Shown here one piece after another: positions 50,501 to 61,202 of a stretch of 64,000 nt of DNA; position 1 is the first letter of the stretch, and each line of letters opens with the position of its first letter. The notes beneath the pieces are model-generated. The model was not told where the DNA came from and made no database searches. It saw only the letters and a list, made by a program, of their open reading frames with translations. This DNA is from Fimbriosthenelais zetlandica (Eukaryota): positions 16,864,001-16,928,000 of the forward strand of contig OZ365116.1 of NCBI GenBank assembly GCA_977030845.1, read 5' to 3'. The position numbers and the translations under genes are program-made.

Positions 50501-53500
50501 GATGCATAAAACGAGACGCGCGTCCAGAACAGATCATTTCCCGGGATTTTCATTTGTAATTCTGGAAGTTCTCGCAAAGATATTCTATTTTAAATAGGTA
50601 GCCCTCCTCCTGTGCTACATAAATTCATTATGTTTCTATTGGCCAGTCGTCTCTGGGGCCGTGTCAGCGTGCTTTTCATTAGGTCCAGATGGCAAGCATT
50701 TGGTGGCGGCAACTGGTGCGAGCACGACAAGTAGACAGGGTGAATTTACAGGGTTACATGATGATTTCAGCGTGTGTCTAACATGTTCTCCTCCTGTCTC
50801 ATCCACGGGGTGTTGGTCTACCAGTAACATCACCCCATCCCTTAATCACATTCTAATCACGCCTTTATTATACACACCGCGGGTCTGTGTAATCAAGGTA
50901 TAGGAACTTCATCATGGTATAGCTAACTTATATTTGATATTTATAGTGGAATATATAGCCAGACTGACTGAAAACCCACGGAGATGTTAAACTAATAAAA
51001 GAAAAGAGATGCGCAACAGTTTCTCATTTTCCTAGAGCTCCCAATAAAGATGCCCCATCTCTCTAGGCCTATAGAAAGGGTTAGAGTAAGAAATTGGTGA
51101 GAATAAGACATTATACATACCTTTCCATGAGACTGTTTTTCCGTCTTGTACAGGACTGGATCCGTCTGTGTGGTAGGGAGAGGACCCAGCAGTACTGGAG
51201 CCCTGGGACAGCGCCCGCGTGAAATGCTCGTCCACGTTAGCCGCTACATCCCCGGCGTAGTACGTGAAGAGCACGCAGTTGTTACTCAGGAACTGGGCGT
51301 TGGTCGGGCCGGAATGGCCGTCTACTCCCCCGTCTTTATCCGCGGACCCTGCCGCGGACGACCCCGCCCCATGGTGCGTCCTGTGCCGGGCGTCCTGTTG
51401 TTGTTGGGGGTGGGAGGATGGAGATGTGGGATCTGATTCCAGTTTGGTGACGACTGAAGAGGCTGTGTTGATGGGACTAGAAGGAGCGGGATGAGATAGA
51501 CTGTGAGAGGCGGGATGATGGGTGGAGGAGGAGGTGGAGGAGGTAGAGGAGGAGGATGAGGTGTGATGGTGATGGTGGTGGTGGTGGTGACTGGAGGAGA
51601 GAGCCGAGGCCATGGAGGGAATGCTGGACGACGCGCTGTATAGACTACTGCCTGCCGTGTCTAAAGGATCCGGCTTCATAGAAGTAAACTTCTGAAACAA
51701 ATCAATGAAATACGTGCTAAATAATGTCCTCCATTAGTTCACTCATATCGCCTACTTTACATGGAAATGTAATTAAATTAACTAATTTATAATGAAGTAA
51801 TTAGCAAGCCTAATGCAATCAATGGGTAATAATTATTCATAACTAATGTAAAGTTCTGTGTAAACATATTAACACTATACCTTTTAACATTCATTTTTAA
51901 CATCAAACTTGAGAAGGGAAATTACAGACGGAATTAGGAAAAAATCATTAGATGTCAGGAAATAGTCCGCATCTTTTCGGCCATCCCTCGCCTGCTCTTG
52001 TACCCCCTCCTTCTATACCATTTTAGGAAATCTTTTGTCTCATGACTCAAGCATCTGTCATCGCGGGTCATTTCCCCCTGTGACAGCCGAGAGCAGAGAG
52101 CAGAAGCCATGAGTTGCTCCTCACAAAGTGGGCCACAAGTCCTCCATGTCCCACATCCCATCCCACAACTGCTCATCCCAATAACTCGCTTGTCAAAACT
52201 TCCGGACCCGCTACATAAAACATATCATTAATATCCCTGGCTGAGGTACACCAAGTGTCCACCATCTTAAACCTGGGCTGCATTTCACAATGCTTTTGAC
52301 TGAAAATTACCCTTATTTCAAAACTTTAAAACAATTACTTTATTCGACCATTAGAACACCGATGGAGGAGTCAGAGGGCAAAGTAAAGTTATCATAAGAA
52401 TATATTTAAATATTAATAATAATCGTATAGGCCTTCTTGGGTTTTTAACACTTTTACCCTAATAATATGTACAGATAACTAACTCGAATGTTGTTATCGG
52501 ATCTTAACATCAGGAGTAAATCTAAACTACTTTGTTTTTTATCCTATAAAATGGGGACGAACATTTGACATTTCAATCTGAGATGCAGTTATTTGTTGTG
52601 GTGCATCTTTTTATACCTGGCCAAGTGGTAGAAGGGACAAAGAAATGTCAATCAGCCAGCAGGGCCCACACAACAGAAGACCGCTCTGGAATCTGGCGGA
52701 ATTTCATGCCACACTCGCCCAGGAATGCCATGGAGGCAAAGAAGTGTGTCAGCAAAGTGCTTAAATATCCCCCAAACCTGGCCAGATGCACTCAGCAAAT
52801 GATCTGTTAATACCTCTAATAACAGATTACTATTTATATATATACTATATAATCCTGAACTTTTTACAATAGTGAATGACAAGCTCTTGTGAATGGCTTT
52901 GATTGCATGGCTGGGGGAGAGAAGAACATTGCTATTTCTTTAAGCCTGGAGCATCTAAATGAGCGACATTCCACCCGACCCACAAGTGTAATCGGATGAT
53001 GCTCTTATCTTTGCCTCTGGATCTCCAGGATCTTCTGGATGCTGGCAGGAAGCATACATGTGTAATGTGTGCTGTTAATATCTGTCATCTCCCCAGCCTC
53101 CGAGTTTTGGATGCCATCAGGGCAGGGCAAATTCCTGACAATTCTGAACAATTTTTCACCTGACATTCCTTTCACCCCCATCTTCCTCAAATAGAGGTGA
53201 TAGGAGGAGCAAGAGCAGCAGAGGCAGTATTCTCCCAAAGGGACAAGGATTGTGTATATACACATAGACTGAGAAGATATATAACATCCCACAGCGAGGT
53301 CCAAACTCCACATTCATATAGAGGTGCTCCATGATATAGTCCCCAAGGTTACACAGACACGAGAATGAAAGATTATCTGATTAATAAAAGATAAGGAGAA
53401 GTTGGAGGTAACCTACCTTGAAAGGATCCACGGGGCTGGCGGCCGAGGGCCGTTGGTAAGGAAAGTAGGAGGCATACGGCTGGTACATTACATCCACACA

Positions 53501-53506
53501 AGTCAT
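41521..53506 (-). CDS. vg: Vestigial / vestigial-like (VGLL1-3 group) TEAD co-activator, 386 aa
   Basis: Exons 53417..53506, 51121..51691, 46042..46488, 41521..41573 total 1161 nt, phases compatible. N-terminal MTCVDVMYQPY, TONDU/Vg domain SNNCVLFTYYAGDVAANVDEHFTRAL, PMAQRNFPASFWNS motif, and C-terminal SKDLYWF*. An in-frame ATG at 53524 could add 6 aa. Confidence 0.95.
44480..44700. promoter_or_regulatory. CpG-rich intronic element in vg intron 3 (candidate enhancer)
   Basis: Many CpGs against an AT-rich background; inverted repeat GCACAATA-n5-TATTGTGC (44508-44528); TEAD-type GGAATG (44563-44568); TCACGTGA E-box near 44678. Confidence 0.4.
47690..47945. promoter_or_regulatory. CpG-rich intronic element in vg intron 2 (candidate enhancer or alternative promoter)
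   Basis: Clearly GC-rich and CpG-dense by eye, with GGCGCC/GCCGCG runs, GC boxes and CACCTG/CACGTG E-boxes. Confidence 0.42.
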
Positions 53507-53579
53507 GTTGCCACTCGCTAACATGTAGACTGTAGCAAGACTTGCCTTGCGTCTGCTCTCTCGCCTATACTCCACAAGA

Positions 53580-53720
53580 GTTTTCTAAACCGCGGTATTC
53601 GAGAGGAGGGCCCGGCGCGCTCGCTATGCCATACGGACGCTTGATGGACGGTAGCCACGCCCAGTGATGGCTACATGACAGGTGCAGGAACCAATAAGAG
53701 AAAGGGTGGGGAGAGGACTA
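53580..53720 (-). promoter_or_regulatory. Candidate vg proximal promoter / 5'UTR
   Basis: CpG cluster (ccgcgg..cccggcgcgctcgc) and CCAAT near 53691, 80-200 nt 5' of the vg ATG. Confidence 0.45.
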
Positions 53721-56700
53721 GCGTTTGTTGGGGGAGTGATGAAGGATGCTGAGGGGTAGGAGAAGAAGGCAGAAAGTAAAGAGCACCCTCGGTTCACTGA
53801 ATCGCATGTAACGTTAACAGAAATGCAGGTAATTGACCGACGATCGGAAAAAGATTGCGCCTAATCCAGAAATTCTGAATATCATATTTCTATAATATAA
53901 TTAATTTTTCATTAGATAATACAAAAGAAAGATAAGATAGTTATCCAATAGATTCATACAAAGTTTTTTGTTCATATCTCAGATTAACTAAGTGTAGGCC
54001 TTGACACATGGTCGGGATACTGGGGAAAGGTGATCATATTTACATTAAAGCCCCCTCTGGGTGTTAGTAGTACATGTTTGAGATATTAAAAGAGATAATA
54101 GTTTTAGACCTACTGCAACTACATGCCAACACGAATACACACATTCTTATGTGTCTCAAGCGATAGACAAGCTAGTATACATTGAAAACACAAACTTTGT
54201 CATTGATCCTAGGTGTGGAATGGTGTTTTTGCTCCTCCAAAAATACCGAGTCTGACTTATGTTTCTGTGTTACCTGAAAATGAGCACAGACTTTGTCCAA
54301 TAAGCCAGGGGGAGTAGAAGGCAAAGGGTTTGTTATTGCCTTCAACCGCCAACCATGTGCAATATGTGGTACATGGTTGCATAGTGTATGTATCTTGGAT
54401 AGGTTTGAGCAAACTATTGGACAGGATTGATTTACCTGGGCTAAAGTGTAGAGTACACATTTGAAAGTATATTCATAACATCCTCAAAAGTATATCCATT
54501 CACCCACACATACCTCCCCAATCTTAACATAATATATACTCATCTCTCTGCTTTTGAGCAATACAACAGCTGAGCCGAGCAATTCCCGCCCTATAGAGAG
54601 CAGCTCGGGAGTATAGATGCTCTCCCTTTCTCTCCACGTTTATTCACCATCTCGCGACATGCATACTTGGAGACGACCCCTTGTCCTTCCCCTAAACCTC
54701 CCTCCCCATAAACATATCCCTTTCCCTAGCCATCTTGGAGACGCGTGCCCAGGGCATTCCTGCTCCTCGATTGGGTCCCTTTGCCCTCGCGCCACTAATA
54801 CTACCCTAGCCCTTGGCATTCCCAGAATATCACACTTGTTATGATTGTGCAAGCAGTGCTGTTTTTTGGCACTGGGAGTGGGAAGCCTGTTTGCAAACGC
54901 ACGCACGTGTTTGCATGTTGGAGGTAGGGGGATATGAACAGAGCAATGAGTGGAGGCATACAGCATGACTACAAACATGACTCCTCCTGCCCGCGGGTCA
55001 CCCCCACAAAAACGCCATGTTGGTATGACTTTCTGTGTAGAAATGAGGGACGTCATCATAGGCGGAAAATACAATCTCAGCAAAATATCACCATTTTATA
55101 TATTCTTTTCAAAATCAGTATATTGGTAATATCGCCGATATAGAAGTATGTGTATGTCAATGTAGAATCTTAAAGGACCCAATCGCAAGACAGACACATT
55201 TTCTAGAGAACTCATTCCACAACAGTTCACCCAGAAACCAAGCCCCCTTTGGTGGAAAGTAGTGGCCCTGTGATGAGATCAATATTTTTAGAAATGAAAA
55301 GAATGCAGTCAATGTGCCGAGAAGAGCCCCCGGGTCATCTGACCCCATAGCGACCAAAGTGAATTAAAGCAACTTATGAGAGAGTTCACATAGAAAGATG
55401 TGTGACTATACTGTCATGTTTTTACGCACTTTCACAATGCTCAATATTGACACATTTATCTTTAAAATGCACTAAAATGAATTAATGGGCAATTCTTATA
55501 AAATTAGTCAAATTGCATATCTGCAGTTGTTTTGTAGTAAGCGACAAGTAGTGCTAATAGCAGGCACTCTATAGTTTCACATTTCAATAGCCAACTTCTC
55601 ACTTGAGTACCTCCTGCATTGCCATGTGCCCTATACATACATGTAAGAGATACAAAAGTCTCTAATGAAAAGTACACGTTACAGGACACTATCAGCACTA
55701 GCTGACCTTGCTTCCCTCAAGCTAAAATCATCATATCAATCTAGACAGGGAGAAGAATGGCTGTCTGATATGAAGCCATCTACACTATCATACAGGGTGT
55801 GGCTTCGTCCATGTACTGTATCAGTTGCCGTATGACCTGTATCAGTTGCCTATAAGTGAGTCAGAATTACAGTGGAGATCGTACAGACAGTCAGGATGAT
55901 CAGGGGGTCTGGCATGGAGCAGAAGCTTGTGTTTATTTGCTGACGGGAAGCAGCAAGAAGATCCGCCGGCCTGGAGGTTCCCTCTGGAGGCCTCCAGGCG
56001 TGGAGTTATTCCAGTCTGACTCCACACAGACAACAACACCATCAACACTCATTCTCCAATGCTAAACAGGCCTCACCCTGCATCCTATAGGTCCTTCAAC
56101 TCTCAGAATATTTTGATAGGTATATATTAGCCGATTATTGTGGGATCGTATATTTCAAAACCCGTTGGTATGAGATATACTATGGTCATTGACAATCTGT
56201 TATAAATTATCCCTCTGTTGTAACTATATTCCCAGCTCGCCCAGCAACATCTATTAATTGCCCATTTTCTGGCAGCAATTTGCCCGCTTAATCTGGCTAA
56301 CCCTGGGGTCGACAAGGAGGTCCCTGATGGGGGAGCAGCTCACTGTGTTATAGGAGCAATTCGCTCATGGCTCGAGTTAACCACCAGACGTCAGCCTCAG
56401 TCAGAGAATCATATCCCTAGAGATTAACCTCCTCACCTGGGTGATTATCACTAATCCTCACCCCCTATAATCTGTGTTTAATTCACCCACAGGGACTGCC
56501 ACACTTGTTTTTCTACATGCGTCATTTCCCGGGCCTGTTATGCTATGACGTAATACCCATTTGTTGCTGGTTATCATACCTATTTGGCATTACCAACTTA
56601 TAATGCGTATAGCTGGAAAAGTCGTACATATGGTTGTATTTATGTAGGGGTTGTATGTGGGTCCTGATAAAAAAAGGAATCATTTGAAGTCAGGAAAATC

Positions 56701-56899
56701 AGGAAAACATTAGCTCTAAAACAATCGAACGTTACCTGCATGTAATCAAGAGTACAGAAGGGATTTATATAACTACTATTTAAACTGTGAGTGTGTCAAA
56801 TCACCGCTTGGCACACGTCTGTACCTTTTGAAGTCCAGTTCAGGAAGTAGCAGCTCTTGCATGTTCATTGTTACCTGGTATTAATATTGATCTTCTGAC

Positions 56900-58340
56900 T
56901 TAGCGCCCGCTGCCTGCTGCCCCATTAGTTTTTCTATTGTAACTACAGGTGAGAGTGTGCGCCTGGCCACATGAAAGCGGCGTTCAATAGCCGCGGCGGG
57001 GCTTCTTTTCACGCCTTTTTATTGGCTTATCGGCCGGGCTGTGGGTCATTCCTTCTGTACTAGCATGCCACAGAGGCTTAAAGCGGAGTAAGGATTGATC
57101 AGTTTCATTTCTGATTCAATTACAGACCCAACATGTTGTTTACTGCTCCAATTATCAGCTCCTTGATGTACGTCTATTGGTTTTATATAAGGTTATGTTA
57201 TAATTACACATAATTGAACTGCGAAGAATCAATTGATACGTTCTAAAGGTTTTGATGCATAATGTTAAAAATAAAGGTTATCAATAAAATCGCAGTGACA
57301 ACCAATTAATACTTAATTAATGAAAATGCCAAGCCAAAACGGTTCAAATTAGTGTTAACTCATATGGTAAACAACTTGATAATGTTCCGCGTCAGCGAGT
57401 TCAATAGTAAGTAGTATAACATTTTGCCTTTGTTCCAGGCACATAATGTATTGCGTATAGCTTACATCAAAATGGTATAAATTAGTCATTGAATGGCGGT
57501 TATCATACGAAATATATCTATATATGCCAAGAAAGAGCTTCATGCAAGACATAATGTACAATTTCCTCATCTCCCTCTTCATTTGCTTTCTCTTTTTAAA
57601 CCATCCTTTTCTCGCCCATCCTATAGTCATTCCTTCTATCCTTTCAGAGAGGGCTCGTATATTAAATGATCGGTTCATATCTTACAGTCAGTCTATATAG
57701 ATTGTATGTGTATAAAGACTAGTGATTATATTCACTCATCTATATCTCATTTTAGAGAAACGTGCCTGGTGCTCGAGTCTTGTAGAGAGGATGGCGGGAG
57801 TTGGCCATGGAGCGGTAGTCCCGCTTCCGTGCCGGCTAATAACCCACGTCCGCGCCCACACAATAAAAATCAGCCCACTCCTCATCATGGACAGGAAATT
57901 GACAACTAGCGGGCCAGGTCGCCTGTCAGCCGGCTCTCCTTGACGCGACAAAAGCTGAAGAGAGCGCTGCATCTCCTCCCAGAGAGGCGGAGGAGGGCAC
58001 CTCACTTATATATATGAAGGGTGCGATTTTCTCTTATAATATTATATATGTATGGTGCGCATTTGATATGAAATGACAAATCTTAAATTATCTAGATTAA
58101 TATTTCTCCGAACTTCAGGGTTTTGTTATTAGTAGAGCTCTACTATATGCCAAAAGGTTAATGGCAAACCCTAGAGATGAATATTATGTACTGAAGTGAC
58201 CCCCATCCCTCCCGCCGCGACAGCCCTAGTGGAATATATGAAACCAGCACCCAGCCCCCTGCCACCAGCGCCCCACCCGGCCATTGTTGAGACCCGCTAT
58301 TTGTCAGGCGCCGCTGGGAAGAGGGGCACATGGACACCTC
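56900..58340. promoter_or_regulatory. Cluster of three CpG-rich patches upstream of vg (about 56900-57050, 57780-58000, 58200-58340)
   Basis: Local CpG/GC enrichment with no credible exon chain. Motifs include TTTTATTGG, CCATTGTT and GGCGCC. Function is inferred. Confidence 0.35.
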
Positions 58341-59379
58341 GCCCCCGCCTCTCAATATTGTCGTTTTGATTCTATAGAGATCATAGGAAAAAAGGGTGCG
58401 GTGAAAACAGCTCACGGGGTTTGGTGATAGATGACTGTGGGAGGTGGGTGCTCGGTTATATTAGAGCACTGCTTACGGCAGGCAGTCCTACTGGCCACGT
58501 GCCCCCACACAGCAATATGATAATTTGGGAACAAGTTGGTGGAAAAAAATGAAGTCCTCACAGTTGGGCAATGATATATTGGCAATCATATTAAATACAT
58601 TTATTCCTGCACAATTATCTGCCTCTCCAATTAGATTGGTCACGGTGGGCACCATTGTAAGGTAAACGTGGCTGTATTATCACATTTATAGTGGCAGGAC
58701 CGAGTGACGGGTCGACGTGGAAAGCCTTCATATGGTCACATTCACATGATTCTAATGGTTCATATTGAGATTGAGAGGTTATCTAGGATCAAAGTTCACT
58801 GACTGAACGAGAAAATATATATCATCTTTGCCAATATATTGTCACTGCATGCATGCACGGAAAATGACTGCGCAACCCAAAGGTATTATATATTCCAACT
58901 ACATGTACTCTTAATTATCCACTCATTAATAAAATACAGGGAAATGTTTATTATGAAGCAGTATAGACAGTGGCTTATTGCATTCAGCGCGTTTTTAGAA
59001 TTGATGTATTGATTGAGGAGGAAGACCCCCCTAGTGATTCCAATCTTCGTGGAAATGCTTCATCAAAGCCGAGTGACGTCATGAGAATGGTCAGTATACT
59101 GCTTTCATCTCACCAGTATCTCTATCACCTGTCCTCTGACCATCGGTCAAGCTGGCTGCTGGTCGTAACACTGACCAAACACCAGCCAACAAAGAACAGC
59201 AATGGTCAGCAGCGGAAGTGAGGACAGTGAGAGGGACAGCGGATCGTGATTAGACGCTTTCCCTTCATTGTTATAATTTCCGACCGACCCCCTTGTTTCG
59301 ATCACAGTTACAGGCAAATAAAATCATGATCAAATTAAGGCCAATTATATTTCTGGCTCACGGCTTCCTGTATGAATTA

Positions 59380-59760
59380 ACGCCTGGGCCGCGCCGCTCT
59401 CGACACGGCCTTTTGTCTGTGGGATTTATCGCGCTGATTTATGACGCGCCGCGTCCCTCCGCACGCGTCACTTCCGCCCGCCACCAAAAAAGCAGAGTGA
59501 ACGTGCGCGCGGCGTCTCATGACATGGCCTCAATATTGCCCGCTAATCACACGTTTAATTCTGGCCTTTCTTGCCGGAGACATGTCAGGGGAATACATTG
59601 TTTCCACGGCCATAATCTCTGGTCATAACACGGTCGAGGAAATCCTCCGCCACTCCCACTTTTCCAATTGAACATTGTGTAATATTATTGACTCAGCGGG
59701 CGGCTGGGGGACCCGCGCCCCTTACAACCCGTCCCTGGCCGGGGTGACATGACAGACACG
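59380..59760. promoter_or_regulatory. Most prominent CpG-rich non-coding island, about 6 kb upstream of vg
   Basis: Dense CGCG/GCCGCGCC runs, TGATTTATGA (59435-59444), ACTTCCG (59470-59476), TGTCAG (59583-59588), TGACTCA (59689-59695), TGACAG (59750-59755). Confidence 0.45.
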
Positions 59761-61119
59761 CCTTGACGGCTAATTGTTTTTACCCCTCACATCTCCTCCA
59801 ACCCCACTATAGTCACATGGCAGGGGGCGGATTGACATACATATCTAAATCACACCCAAGTACCCCTTATTCTCCAGGTGCTAAACCCAAGTGGTACTCA
59901 CACAACTATTTTATACAGACACTTCTATGTGTATATTAGATGCCAACACAGAACTATGTGTTAAATCATGCCAAATCCGCTCACGTCCATCTCCAAAACA
60001 CTTCCCACAAACATCCTTGAAACCAATACACCTGCTTCAACATACGATTCACCTGTACACAACAAACAACAAGGTGCTAACATATCGTGCTTTTTGAACC
60101 TTATTTTTTCTCTTCTGCAAAACACATGAGAGCATTTTAGCAAGGGGAGCGAGAAGCCCCCGATCCTTTGTATACAAACTGTGTATACACCCAAGTCGAC
60201 CTGGCTACACCCTTAGATCCCAAAGTGTATATAGCGTTTGCCATCTGATATTTCTAGCATAATTAAGTTGGTCATGTCTTGGTGTTATCGCTGTACCCCT
60301 CGCTGGGGAGGTGGTTGCATATCAAACATCATCTTGTGTGGTGCCACCCAGCCTCCGCCCTCTGGCCGGGTAATTGGAGAGATACAGCTTATTAACTCTA
60401 TCCCCTGGACATGTTGGAACCTTCCCATGCTGCTCCCCGTGGTAGGAGGAACACGGATGCTGTTTACAAGGTTTTTTCCCAATTTAACACGCCCTTTGTT
60501 TAGGATATATCAAATTGGTACCTTTCATGAATGTGATAGCATCATATATATCCTTAACCAACATCCTGAACGAAAACCGACAGTATGCCTTACATATTTA
60601 GTACATGGGTGTATAAAACACTTTATATGTATCTTAATTCCTCAAAATCAAATATGACCTTCCATATTCTTTCTTTGGTTAAAATCTTTTTACACTTTGT
60701 GTCAAATTACTGGTCTAAACATGAGTGTGAAAAAACATGCATATAGTAATAGTTAGAGGGTTAGTTCTGCTTCATTTTGACCCTATCTGCAGAGCTTGTC
60801 CTACCACTCCAGGTGTTCCAGGTTTAGATAGGATTAATGGCTGCCCCCACTCAGATAGCCGGAACCGGAACCTAAGTCAGGCCATCATCGATCACCACGC
60901 CACCTCGCGCCCTCTGGCCTTGTTAGCCGCTCGTCAAAGTCCAATTCTCAGGGTCAAGTAGTGGGTCAGGTGTAGAGAGATTCAAACTGACCAGTGGTCA
61001 GCTCCTGACTGGCTATGACCTTACTCATCTCACAGAGAGGTTGTCTCAGAGCACGTGTTTTAATGTAAACCATGGATTAGTAAGGCTTTACACATCATGA
61101 TAAATGAAATATGTTCTCT

Positions 61120-61202
61120 GAAACGTTACCTATAGACTTATTGAGGAACTCGAAAAGTTACCTATAGGCCTATTAAGGAACCCTGAAAATTACCTATTGA
61201 GG
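61120..61202. repeat. Degenerate 32-33-bp minisatellite, about 2.5 copies
   Basis: gaaacgttacctatagacttattgaggaactc / gaaaagttacctataggcctattaaggaaccct / gaaaattacctattgagg. Confidence 0.7.

Noticed and set aside
50636-50833. ORF just past vg exon 2 that would be in phase as an alternative terminal exon
   Set aside because: The acceptor lacks a pyrimidine tract and the peptide has no Vg-like motif.
40783-60009. Canonical Su(H)/CSL sites (TTCCCACG at 40783, TTCCCACA at 60002) and scattered CATTCC TEAD words around vg
   Set aside because: Counts are roughly what chance predicts in 20-30 kb, and no paired CSL site was seen.
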